A stretch of 64,000 nt of DNA from Octopus sinensis (taxonomy: Eukaryota): the NCBI RefSeq assembly GCF_006345805.1, contig NC_043004.1, positions 86,924,001 to 86,988,000 on the forward strand, written 5' to 3'. The translations under genes and the position numbers were made by a program. Shown in pieces: positions 53,148 through 64,000 of the stretch (the first letter of the stretch is position 1; each line of letters begins with the position of its first letter). The notes under the pieces are model-generated. The model was not told where the DNA came from and searched no databases. It worked only from the letters and a program-made list of their open reading frames with translations.

Positions 53148-53880
53148 ACCAAACTGCTAAGTTATAGGGATGTAAACAAACCAACACTAGTGGTCAAACA
53201 GTGGTGGAGCAGGACAGAAACGAATGCACACACATATATGACAAGCTTCTGCAGTTTCCATCTACCAAATTCACTCAGTAGACATTGGTCAGTCAGGTGC
53301 TATAGTAGAAGACACCTGTTCATGGTAACATCCAGCGAGATTGAACCAGAAACTATGTGATTGAAAATAAGCTTCTTAACCACATATATTGAAAATCATA
53401 AAATAGCAGCAACAAAAGTATCAGGAGTTACATATATCATGGATATATCATGGATATATTATTTTAAAGTAGCTTTTTAATACAGCGTATTGAAACTGAC
53501 TTAACAGTTGTTTTTCAGACTGATTTTATCTCTGAATTAATTTATACTCTGAAGAATCAAATTTCTCGATGCCAACAAATATACACTATTGTATATTTAC
53601 TAAGTGATTCTTTCATCATTACTTCAGCAGGTATGAACTTTGATTTTCCGATGAGGTAGATAAACACCAAAACATGTCAGGAGTTGTCTCCTGTACATGT
53701 CAGAGAATGTAAATAGCACTGAAAAGTCTGAAAATAGTTCATATATGTATATATATTTCTCACGGTGTATTTATTTCTAGTTAGTTCTATAATGCTCTAT
53801 GCATTAAATGCATTAACACTACAGAAGAGTTACAGTTCACTACCATGCCACACAATATTTTAAATCATTTTCGTTATTAG

Positions 53881-53953
<73 letters not shown>

Positions 53954-54539
53954 TAAAGTGCTTGATGACAAAACATTTCCTTTCCAGCTTACATCTGAAG
54001 GCATCTAATGTATACACTAAGACACCGACAATTACAGACTTCTGGCACTCTGCCAGTTCTATAACATTGTTGTATACTAAGGAAAAGGCAGAGATGAAAG
54101 AATAGATGGGACACTAGACAAGATATTTTGCTGTATTTATTTGTCTTTCATGTCTCTGATGTTGAGAAAGTTAGATACTAATCAAATATTGGAGCTTATT
54201 GGATCGAACAGACACATACTTCAACATTTGAGACTTCGTACTGCAGTCTAGAAATGAAATTTTATGCTCCTGTAAAACACAAGACTATGGTTTATTAGAG
54301 GGGTTGATTAAATGTTGAGATCAATGCATTCGATTAACACCTATCCTGTCAAAATTGTTGGCCAGGTGCTTAAATTAAGAACAGTTATTTACTCAAACGG
54401 CAGTATTAGCATTGTCCAATCTTTAATTTTTTTTTAGGAAGAAATTTCTGTTCATTCCATATTCACACAGATACACAGAAAGAGGGAAGAAAAGAGATGA
54501 AAATGGAAAAGAATGAAAAGGAAAAAAAACAGGTGGTGG

Positions 54540-54830
54540 TGAGGGTAAAGCAGCAGAAAATGGAATTTGAGGGGTCGACGGGTCACATATCCCAGAACAA
54601 GTGGGATGCTCATCTGTGCCCCGCGAAAATGACCGCGACGGTGTTGCCGCGGATAATGGCTAGCTGCCTAGCTACATACGCTGTTGGAGTCACTCCACAT
54701 CGCAGGGCCCATTTCTCCAATGGGCATGCAGTTAGCCCTATTTTGTGGCGTCTTAGAACACCAGACGTCTCGACACGCGACCAGTACAGACTGATAGCGA
54801 CCGGCCGGACTCCTGTATTTATTGATTTAT
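54540..54830 (-). mobile_element. CRE-clade (restriction-like endonuclease) LINE 3' fragment
   Basis: Allowing frameshifts, the minus strand reads KYRSPAGRYQSVLVA-VETSGVL...VE*LQQRM*LAIIRGNTVAVI, matching the CRE C-terminal motifs KY..L...Y.F.P.AVET.G and QR.S.AI.RGNA. Confidence 0.7.
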
Positions 54831-55108
54831 CTGAATTATTTAAGTCCTTACTTCTGTACAGTAGACACACATTAAAAAGAAACCATAAAAGACTCGAACA
54901 TTCACCACTGAAATGATAATGGCTGGAAGGTCTCTAATATCTGTCCAGAAGTCGTATATGAAACCAAATATGACATTTATCTAATTGACATTGCAGCTAT
55001 TTGTAAGTTTAGTGCCGAGTCAACTATGATCAACCAAATCTATGATCAACTGTTTTCTGACTCTGACTATCCTATCTATTATTCAATCATAGTGTATTTA
55101 AGACTACA

Positions 55109-55475
55109 CTAGCACTATGACTCGGCAACACCTGGTCATAGTGCTAGTGCATGCATATACAGCTGCGTGCGTGCGCACATACACGCGAGTACTGTCCAAA
55201 TCTCTGACCAATCACATACAGCTAGCTGGCATTCAATTGGCGTATCAAGTTTTGGGCATTTTGATTGGGTTTTGGAGAGAAAATTCAGAAAAAAGTCACT
55301 TCTATTGATTTTCTAATAGCTTTGTGGGGTGACTGGGGAAATGTAAAGATGTGCACGACCACCCTTGGACGGTTTTGAATGACTATCAAAGTGCGAGCCT
55401 TCTAACTGAAAAATTGTGGATTTGTATAAAGGACACACACACAGACAGACATTTTGTCGTTTATATATAGAGAGA
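55109..55475 (-). mobile_element. Non-autonomous Helitron
   Basis: Minus strand starts A|TCTCTCTATATATAAA and ends CTAG|T, with a terminal hairpin actagcactatgac...gtcatagtgctagt (55108-55148). Confidence 0.75.
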
Positions 55476-55854
55476 TTATCCAATATATTAAAAAATTTTT
55501 TTGTTATAACGGTAGGTTGTAATTCGAAGATTTGACTTATTCTAGTAGGTCTAACGATCGCGGCTTGAATGCAGCTGCTGATGTTTTTAATCACAGATCT
55601 GGATATTTCAGGATGACCATCACATATTTCATTCACATAGTGTTATCTAGGTCTATAGTTTCCAATGTGTACATCATTTTATAAGAGAGTGGGATATGAT
55701 GTTTGGCTGCTATTTCTAACAAGTCGAGCATTCATAATAAATTGATGAAGTCGAAGCCTGTGATTTTCGTAATTAGCATCCAAAATTACATCATTGAAGA
55801 AATTTTCAATGAAATCCGAAGATGCAGTTTAAAACCTGGCCCTAATGTTTTATG

Positions 55855-55903
<49 letters not shown>

Positions 55904-58710
55904 AAGCATTATTGGCATGTTTAAATATAACTTTGAACTTCAGGTTAAATACGATTTTAAACGTAGATTCTGAAGTGATTAAAGCAGTGAAGACGAGCTA
56001 ACATGGAAGCCTCGACAGGGTCGTTTGACCTGCGAGAAATAGCAATCGAATCTTCTCAAACCATATACTATCATCTTTTCAAATGACACAAAGATGTTTC
56101 TGTGATGCCTGGTGCCCTATTCTAGAAGTAAAGATGGTGTGGTCACAGTTGGAAAGACATCTGATCATAGAGCTGACCTGGAGCTTAATAAGAATAATGC
56201 CAACGATCTTATGGAGCTGTGGTTCCCCATTGCTATTAGTTTTGAGGTCATGCAAAGGATCATGGATACTGACTTCTCCCTTTCCTCTGACTGAGCCATA
56301 AAATAAAATATATTAAAGAAAAAAAAACGTCTGGCTCAATCTAGGACAGTTTGGAGTTAAATGTTTAAATGTATTTAATAAAAATTTGATTCAGTTCCAT
56401 ATTAGTTAAAGTTTCATGGTCATAGAGACATGGGATCTTTTTGGTTTGAACGGCAGTTTTTAACATAATTTCTAGGTAACTAAAAAAATTTTATACTTCG
56501 TATACTGGTAGAATGTGTTTATAAAAACATCATTTTCTCTTGGCTTTCTTAAGAAAATTCTGTAGTTTGTAACATATTTCGTCTTTAATTTCTTGCATTT
56601 CGGCAACATGTCCTCCAAAACTGGTGTCTGAAAGAGCACAGTAAGCATCAATTGAAAAAAAAAAGAAGCCTACTTTAATATTTCTTTTTGTGAGTTTGGA
56701 ATAACTACTACTTGCGAAAAGAAAAGTGCAACGAAATGTATATTTTTTGTCTTCCCTTTTTATTGTTCCTGTTTTATACAACAGGAATTACAACTTCATC
56801 AAATTACTTTTTCAAAAAATGTTGATAGCCATTCAATTTTTGCCCACAAATCCGAGTACTTCCCCTTCCTCATAAGGTAAGGATAGCTATTCCAAAACCT
56901 CACTGAGTATTTTTTTTAATGGTTCAGTTAGAGAAGAAAGGGCAGCGTCTGTGTCCTTTTTCAGGATCTCTGTAGATAGTGAGAGAAAAGCGCGCTGTTA
57001 TCCTCAGACTGGAAATCTGGTCTCAACGCTAGCAACAGGATAGACACTGTCAAGGTTCTCAAGGGTCAGGTAGTGATGTTGGCCCCTCATTTTGTCTACC
57101 GCCATTATAGTATTATATAGCAACAGCCAAACGTCAAAGACAGGACTTAAAGGCGCTACGTAACTAAAACAACTGCGACCCATGGAATATCACTGAGTAT
57201 GATTCCTTACTTGGCAACTTGGGAGTTAAACGTAGTGGGGTAATGAAAAGTGTACAAAAAAGGATTTCAGATTCCTGTAAGTATCCAAGATGCAAATGGA
57301 ATTACTAAGGCTCTTATTCTTGAAGATTGCCAAAGAGAAAGATCGTGTGTGATCAGATAGTTACGAAAATTAATATTGTTCTTTTAGAGAGACCATCGAG
57401 ACCACATCGCAAATAGTAACATCATCGGCGACTAAAGTTTTTTTTAAAGAAAATTGTAGATTTTTTTTTTATGTAAAGAAGTCTACCAAACTGAAGACAA
57501 CATTAAAAGAACCGCCATTAGAAGCACGAAAGAAAGAGCGGACATATGTCTGTGAGACTAAATCGAGAAAATTCAAGTTATCAATGAAAGATCAATCACA
57601 TATAGTTTACTTTTCAAAGAAGAGATGCTATAAGCTTACTGAAGTAGTAAATCGATACAAATCCGAATCAACATGGAAGTATCTTTTCCAGTAATGGCGA
57701 ACTCCTGATATGCTGTCAGCTACGGCATACAGCAAGTTTTTAAGTGACATTCGATGGACTTGGGAAATATAACAAAAACAAACCTTCTTTGTAGTGTTAT
57801 ATTATTAAAAAAAAAAAACTTAATTAAAGCTAAAATATGTGACATTCTAGAACGGACATATTTGATAATGTAGCCATTGATACACTGTTTAAAAGAAAAA
57901 AAAGGTTATGATGGCTGGATTGTCTTTAACCATAGTTTTGCTTGATCAAAGCTGACCTTGAGACTAAATAACAGCAACAACAATCCATACAAACAGAAAT
58001 AGATTTCCAAGAAAAGGTATTGAGTTGAAAGCAAAGACTACCTAGCCAACCGGGGAACCTCTAACAGTCATTCAACATGTTAGAAACAACAGCCAAATAC
58101 CTCTTAAATTACACCTTTCTATCTTAAAACGAAAAAGGACTAAGTAACTAGTGTAGTACTAGATGCACAATGACTACAAAAAGAAAGGATGGTCACATCT
58201 GGAACAACTTTAATCATGTGTCTGCCTAGTCAAAGCTGTTTTGGGGCTTAACAGCAATGACAACAACACCAATATAGACTTGAATTTTCTTCTTGATACC
58301 GTGAAATAGTATCCCTATAAATGGCTAAACCAGCTGGATTTTACCATCAGGAAACATCGAATTGAAGTCGTATTTTCATAACGTGTAAGAATTACTTATT
58401 ATTTTCTATTTCTTTAATAGGTATTTTTATAGAATACAGTCGGAAATTATCCAGTGCACAACCCCCCCCCCCAAAAAAAAAAACTGCCTCCCTCCACCAA
58501 AAAACAAAGAGAAATGTCCTGGGATCTGTATGTTTTAATCGTACATTAAAAACTGGATTTATGCTTCATATGATTTTGGAGAATTATACATAATCTTAGT
58601 TGTAGATCATAAATCTTTTACTTGTTTCAGTCATTGGACTGCGGTCATGTTGAGGCACCGCATAGAAGGGTTTTTGGCAGATGTAAAGAATGTGGACCGC
58701 ACCCACTTTC

Positions 58711-58749
<39 letters not shown>

Positions 58750-58761
58750 TATATATATATA

Positions 58762-59267
58762 CTAGCAGTATCGCCCGGCGTTGCTCGGGTTTGTAAGGGA
58801 AATAACTATATAAGCATCTTTAGAGAGTTACTTCCCTTATAAATTCGGGCTTTCTTAGCCATTTTTGTTTTGGTGTCTTCAAGCCATGAAGTCGTTGTTC
58901 TAAAAGAACGCTGGTTTCCTTCACAACGCATTACGACGTTGATTTCTTTACACTCCCTTCCCCACAGCTTCACGAGGGAGGGAAGGGGGAGAAGCAAACA
59001 GGTGCAGCTGTGACCATGGACGCCAACTCCGCCGCCATCGACATACGATGCATTTTATGCATTAAAATGGAATAAAAAATTATGTTAAATTATTTTTAAA
59101 ATCGTAGACTCATCGTTGACGCGCGCTAATAGTCAGACGGGCTAGATATGAATCACGACTATAAGATACCCGAATTTGGTTAAACTGCACCGCAAAATGT
59201 GGGAGGAGTTAGGAATCTAAATCGAAGGGGACAGACACTCACACAACTAGAGTTTTATATATATAGA
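58762..59267 (-). mobile_element. Non-autonomous Helitron (506 bp) in (TA)n
   Basis: Minus strand starts A|TCTATATATATAAAA; subterminal hairpin cccgagcaacgccggg; ends CTAG|T. Confidence 0.88.
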
Positions 59268-59307
59268 TATATAACGAAAGTGGGTGCGGTCCACATTCTT
59301 TGCGTCC

Positions 59308-59534
59308 GGCGAGCTGGCAGAAACGTTAGCACGCCAGGCGAAATGCTTAGCGGTATTTCGTCTGCCGTTACGTTGTGAGTTCAAATTCCGCCGAGGTCGA
59401 CTTCGCCTTTCATCCTTTCGGGGTCGATAAATTAAGTACCAGTTACGCACTGAGGTCGATGTAATCGACTTAATACCTATGTCTGTCCTTGTTTGTCCCC
59501 TCTATGTTTAGCCCCTTTAGGGTAGTAAAGAAAT
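59308..59534 (+). mobile_element. SINE family B, young CpG-intact copy
   Basis: A-box-like tggcagaaacgttag; B-box-like gagttcaaattcc; core gcctttcatcctttcggggtcgataaattaagtaccag; tail ttgtcccctctatgtttagcccctttagggtagtaaagaaat. Confidence 0.9.
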
Positions 59535-59727
59535 AGGTATTTCTATAGAATACAGTCGGAAATTATCCAATGCACACACACACACACACAAAAACTGCCT
59601 CCCTCCACCAAAAAACAAAGAGAAATGTCCTGGGATCTGTATGTTTTTTAATCGTACATGAAAAACTGGATTTATGTTTCATATGATTTTGGAGAATTAT
59701 TCATAATCTTAGATGTAGATCATAAAT

Positions 59728-60110
59728 CTTTTACTTGTTTCAGTCATTGGACTGCGGTCATACTGAGGCACCGCATAGAAAAGTTTTTGAGCAAATCGAC
59801 CCCATACCTATACTTTTTCTAAAGTCTGGTACTTATTCTATCGGTCTCTTTTTCTGAACCGTTAGGTTACGGGACGTAAATAAGCCAACGCCTGTTGTGA
59901 AGGAATGAAGAGGCAAATGCGAACACAAAGATGTACACGTATAAACACAGATGTCCGACGAGCTTCTTTCATTTTCCGTCGACCAAATGCACTCACAAGG
60001 CTTTGGTCACCCAAGAGCTATAGTAGATGACATGCCCAAAGTGTCACGGAGTGAGACTGAACCTGAAACCATGTGGTTGGGAAGTAAACATCTTACCACA
60101 CAACCCTGCC
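59728..60110 (-). mobile_element. SINE family A (older subfamily)
   Basis: Reverse complement of the tail, body and head; its 3' 60 bp is also duplicated at 58615-58676. Confidence 0.75.
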
Positions 60111-61200
60111 TTAAAAATTCAAAAGAAAATCAAAAGCAAAAGATATTGTAAAGGCTTACTTCCAGATCAGCCAACAACTTTTGGATTATAAAGCAGCGAG
60201 GCTCAGAAAATCCATTCATTTATACGAATAATTAGGGAAGATTTTTATTTTTCACATCAGATTCCAATATAATCGTAATCTATGCCATCTGAACCGTATT
60301 TGATGAAAATCTTATTTTAAAATATTCATTTTTCAGAAAGTTATGAGGAAACAATGTCAGGGGCAGAGGGAAGGCACATATCTGTAGTTATGCTTGGAAA
60401 TCTAACTCCAGCACTGAACTGAAATTTTCCAAAAATTTTTTCGGTCGAATGATTATCATATATTTTAATTTTCGTATGTCTTTTCGGCCTCTTGTCCATT
60501 TGGTTTCTTGGTTTCGGCTTCTTGTCCTTCGGCAAAATTGCATTCGACATCCTGTCCGTGTACCGTTTATATATACATGACAGGACCTTGTTTTTAGTAT
60601 TTTGCAAGAAAGTTAGCTACTAGTACTCAAAAAATGAAAATACGAAGTGAATAAAGTACCCGTCAAGAACTTGGGTTCGGCGGCATTGACTAACTCCTCC
60701 CCTCAAAAGTACTGGTCTTGTGGCTAAACCAGAAACAGTTATTACCACGTCGGACAAGAAAAGACTGCTTGTCGATATTTCTTCCGGCTTTACGTTTTGA
60801 GTTCAAATCCCACCGAAGTCGATCGACATTGTCTTTTTTTTTTATCGTTTCGGGGTCGATAAAATAAGTACCAGTTGAACTCTGGAGGTCGATGTAATCA
60901 ACTTACCCTCCCTAATATTACTGGCCTTGTGCCAAAATTTGAAACACTTTCCTTTTTTTTTAATTCTTGATCGAATTGATGAATATTGATGTCTGTTCAA
61001 ATTTTGTCGACATTTAATTAAACTGAAGAGTTACTGGAGCGAAAAGAAATCTTTCATTTTTAGCTAGTAAGCTTATATAAACAGAACATTTCCCCGTTCT
61101 CTTGTTCCTCATTAGAATAGACGTATATACACTGACAGGAAACTAATTATTTTAGTTTCAGAATAGCTTCTCTGTAAACTACATCTGGCGGCAAGTGGAA

Positions 61201-62975
61201 CACCTGGCTCCAAGCTATACGTGTTGTTATCTGTGATTAGACGTTGAAATTTTGTTGTGTAAAGTGATTAATATCGCGCGAGGCGTTTGCCTCCACGTGT
61301 GGAAACCTTCCGAAAAAGGTGAATTGACCCTCTAGTCATGGCGACTTACGCGGGGGTCACGGGAAAGAAAAATAATGATTCGTCGATAATCGTGAAGGAT
61401 GTTTTCTTTGAGAAGAGTAAACTCAAAGAATATGAAAAGCTATTCAAAAGGGAGGGTGATAGCGTGAAGCTAATCCCCCCCGCGAAAGCAAAAGAGGACA
61501 AAGAAAACAAGACAGTAACATATAGAACCCAAGACAAAAATACGAAGAAACTGGCAAGAGTGGAGATAGCCGAAATCGAAAAATGTCTGGGAGACATAAT
61601 GGGGAAATCGACCTACGTGAGTAGAGGCAAGAAATTTGGTACGGTGGAGGTGAGATGTGCAACGGAAGAAATTGCAGCCTCACTGGCTACCACTGTACTA
61701 AGAGCGGAAACATTTATAATGTGGCCCTCATACAAGGGAGAAGAGGAGTCCGGGTTAAAATCCCGAATATACCCCCAGAAGTGAAAACAGAATGGCTGGC
61801 AACAGCTATTCTAGGAGCAGCAGAAGAGGAAGTGGAGGTGGAATCCTTTAAGGAGTCCAACGCGGTAAACTGGAGAGGATATGGGGTAGAACTGTGTTTG
61901 ATGGCCACAAAAGAGGACATTGAAAGGTTCCCCTACAGAATAGAAATTGAAGATGAGAAAACCCTCAGTGTAATTGTAGAGGGAAGAAAGCCAACTGCTA
62001 CTTGTGCGGGACAAGGGGGCACATTAAAAAAGAGTGCCCGTTATACGAATTCGTAGCGGAGTGCGAGCAGGAACTTGAAGAAAAGAAGAATACGGTAAAT
62101 GAAAAAGAAAACATAGAAAAGGAAACAAAACAAGAGAAAGGAAATAATAAGTCAATGAAGGAAAAAGAAATAAAAGAAAAGAAAGAAATAGAACCAAAAC
62201 AGAGTCAGGAAAAAAAAAAGGAAAAAGAAACAACAGGAAAAAAACAAGAGAGAGATCAGAATCAAACGAAAAGAAAAGACAGCACACAAAAAGAAAAAGA
62301 AAAGGAACATAAAACACGAGAGAAAGAGAGAACAGACAAAGAACCAAAAAGACAAGAGAAGGAAGAAGAAAGAAAAGAAGGCAAAAAGAGAGAAAGAGAG
62401 AAACAAAGAGAGGAGAACAAGGAAGAAATAAGCCCGAAAAGAAAAACGAGGGAAAACGTAGGACGGAAACAAGATTACTGCTTCTACAAGTTAGTAACCT
62501 TCCATTTCTGCCCTGAAATGAAAGAATTGACATGTAATACGGAGGGACATATGGGTCAACAGGATGACCGATCAGTGGCAGGAGACTGCTCTAATCCCCG
62601 AAGAAAGAGTCGCTGAGTTCCTCAGAGCTGCCGGAGAGAGTGTAACGTTTTACACGAGTGTTCGAGTGAGAGAGCGGCTGCCTGAGGGCTCAGTGATTGA
62701 CTTTAGAGAATTGAAAACTATTATGGAATATGTATAGAATTGTGAGAAGAGAGAGAAGAAAGAAGAGAAAAAAGAAAATATTGTGAAATATATGTGACGA
62801 AAATGTAACCTCTCGATTCCGGGGATCGAGTGGGCATTTACATCTCATTGTAAATATTCTTTCATATGTCATTTTTACTTTTATTTTTTCCTTTTCTTGT
62901 CATTCGCTTTCTTATTTTAAGTTCCCCGATTGTATTGTCCCCTCTATGTTCGCCCCTTGTGGGTAATAATAAAAT
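61201..62975 (+). mobile_element. ORF1-only non-LTR retroelement, tandem unit 1 (true 5' end may extend to ~61155)
   Basis: Unit repeats at 62976; encodes a Gag/ORF1-like protein but no endonuclease or RT; 3' tail shared with SINE B. Confidence 0.75.
61338..62737 (+). pseudogene. Frameshifted Gag/ORF1-like protein (~460 aa reconstructed): RRM-like region, CCHC zinc knuckle, K/E-rich tract, unknown C-terminal domain
   Basis: MATYAGV...FGTVEVRC...WPSYKG / RRGVRVKIPNIPPEV...VEGRKP / NCYLCGTRGHIKKEC...KE-rich... / RRDIWVNRMTDQWQETALIPEERVAEFL...MEYV*. Frameshifts near 61738, 61991 and ~62530. Confidence 0.75.
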
Positions 62976-64000
62976 CACCTGGCTCCAAGCTATACGTGTT
63001 GTTATCTGTGACTAGATAGTGAAACTTTGTTCTGTGTAAATTGATTATTATCGCGCGAGGCGTTTGCCTCCACGTGTGGAAACGTTCCGAAGAAGGTGAA
63101 TTGACCCTCTAGTCATGGCGACTTACGCGGGGGTCACGGGAAAAAAAAATAATGATTTGTCGATAATCGTGAAGGATGTTTTCTTTGAGAAGAGTAAACT
63201 CAAAGAATATGAAAAGCTCTTCAAAAGGGAGGGTGATAGCGTGAAGCTAATCCCCCCCGCGAAAGCAAAAGAGGACAAAGAAAACAAGACAGTGACATAT
63301 AGAACCCAAGACAAAAATACGAAGAAACTGGCAAGAGTGGAGATAGCCGAAATCGAAAAATGTCTGGGAGACATAATGGGGAAATCGACCTACGTGAGTA
63401 GAGGCAAGAAATTTGGTACGGTGGAGGTGAGATGTGCAACGGAAGAAATTGCAGCCTCACTGGCTACCACTGTACTAAGAGCCGAAAAATTTATAATGTG
63501 GCCCTCATACAAGGGAGAAGAGGGGTCCGGGTTAAAATCCCGAATATACCCCCAGAAGTGAAAACAGAATGGCTGGCAACAGCTATTCTAGGAGCAGCAG
63601 AAGAGGAAGTGGAGGTGGAATCCTTTAAGGAGTCCAACGCGATAAACTGGAGAGGATATGGGGTAGAACTGTGTTTGATGGCCACAAAAGAGGACATTGA
63701 AAGGTTCCCCTACAGAATAGAAATTGAAGATGAGAAAACCCTCAGTGTAATTGTAGAGGGAAGAAAACCCAACTGTTACTTGTGCGGGACAAGGGGGCAC
63801 ATTAAAAAAGAGTGCCCGTTATACGAATTCGTAGCGGAGTGCGAGCAGGAACTTGAAGAAAAGAAGAATACGGTAAATGAAAAAGAAAACATAGAAAAGG
63901 AAACAAAACAACAAGAGAAAGGAAATAATAAGTCAATGAAGGAAAAAGAAATAAAAGAAAAGAAAGAAATAGAACCAAAACAGAGTCAGGAAAAAAAAAA
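62976..64000 (+). mobile_element. ORF1-only retroelement, tandem unit 2 (runs off the window); ORF starts at 63115
   Basis: Near-identical to 61201 onward. The zinc knuckle EGRKPNCYLCGTRGHIKKEC is in frame here; the first frameshift is shared with unit 1. Confidence 0.8.

Noticed and set aside
54600-54820. Series of short hairpins suggesting a structured ncRNA
   Set aside because: Better explained as a GC-rich coding remnant of a CRE-like LINE on the minus strand; no recognisable ncRNA motif.
62024-62533. Hydrophobic 169-aa and 106-aa minus-strand ORFs
   Set aside because: Antisense shadow of the purine-rich K/E-coding tract.
61201-64000. Telomeric HeT-A-like role for the tandem array
   Set aside because: No telomeric repeats, no evidence the window is terminal, and the orientation would be opposite to HeT-A if the chromosome end lay to the right.

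Overview
AT-rich, repeat-dense animal genomic DNA. The SINE/LINE families and (TA)n/(CA)n load suggest an octopus or other coleoid cephalopod (inference). The only host gene I can support is the 3' half of UHRF1 on the + strand: 7 coding exons from 1478 to 8681, covering the SRA domain to the RING finger, with one GC-AG intron. The rest is nested mobile DNA: two tRNA-derived SINE families, RTE/CR1/CRE LINE fragments, a full-length decayed mariner, a maT-like transposase relic, piggyBac and hAT MITEs, two non-autonomous Helitrons, a 1.2-kb element with long TIRs, and Penelope-like pieces with hammerhead motifs. Two things stand out. (1) A hammerhead ribozyme at 36435-36511 has an intact catalytic core but its three strands are in a non-circularly permuted order. 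(2) A head-to-tail array from about 61.2 kb to the window end is made of a ~1.78-kb retroelement encoding only a Gag/ORF1-like zinc-knuckle protein, with no reverse transcriptase in the complete unit, and sharing its 3' tail with a local SINE family. All calls were made by eye with no searches run; element boundaries are approximate unless termini are quoted.
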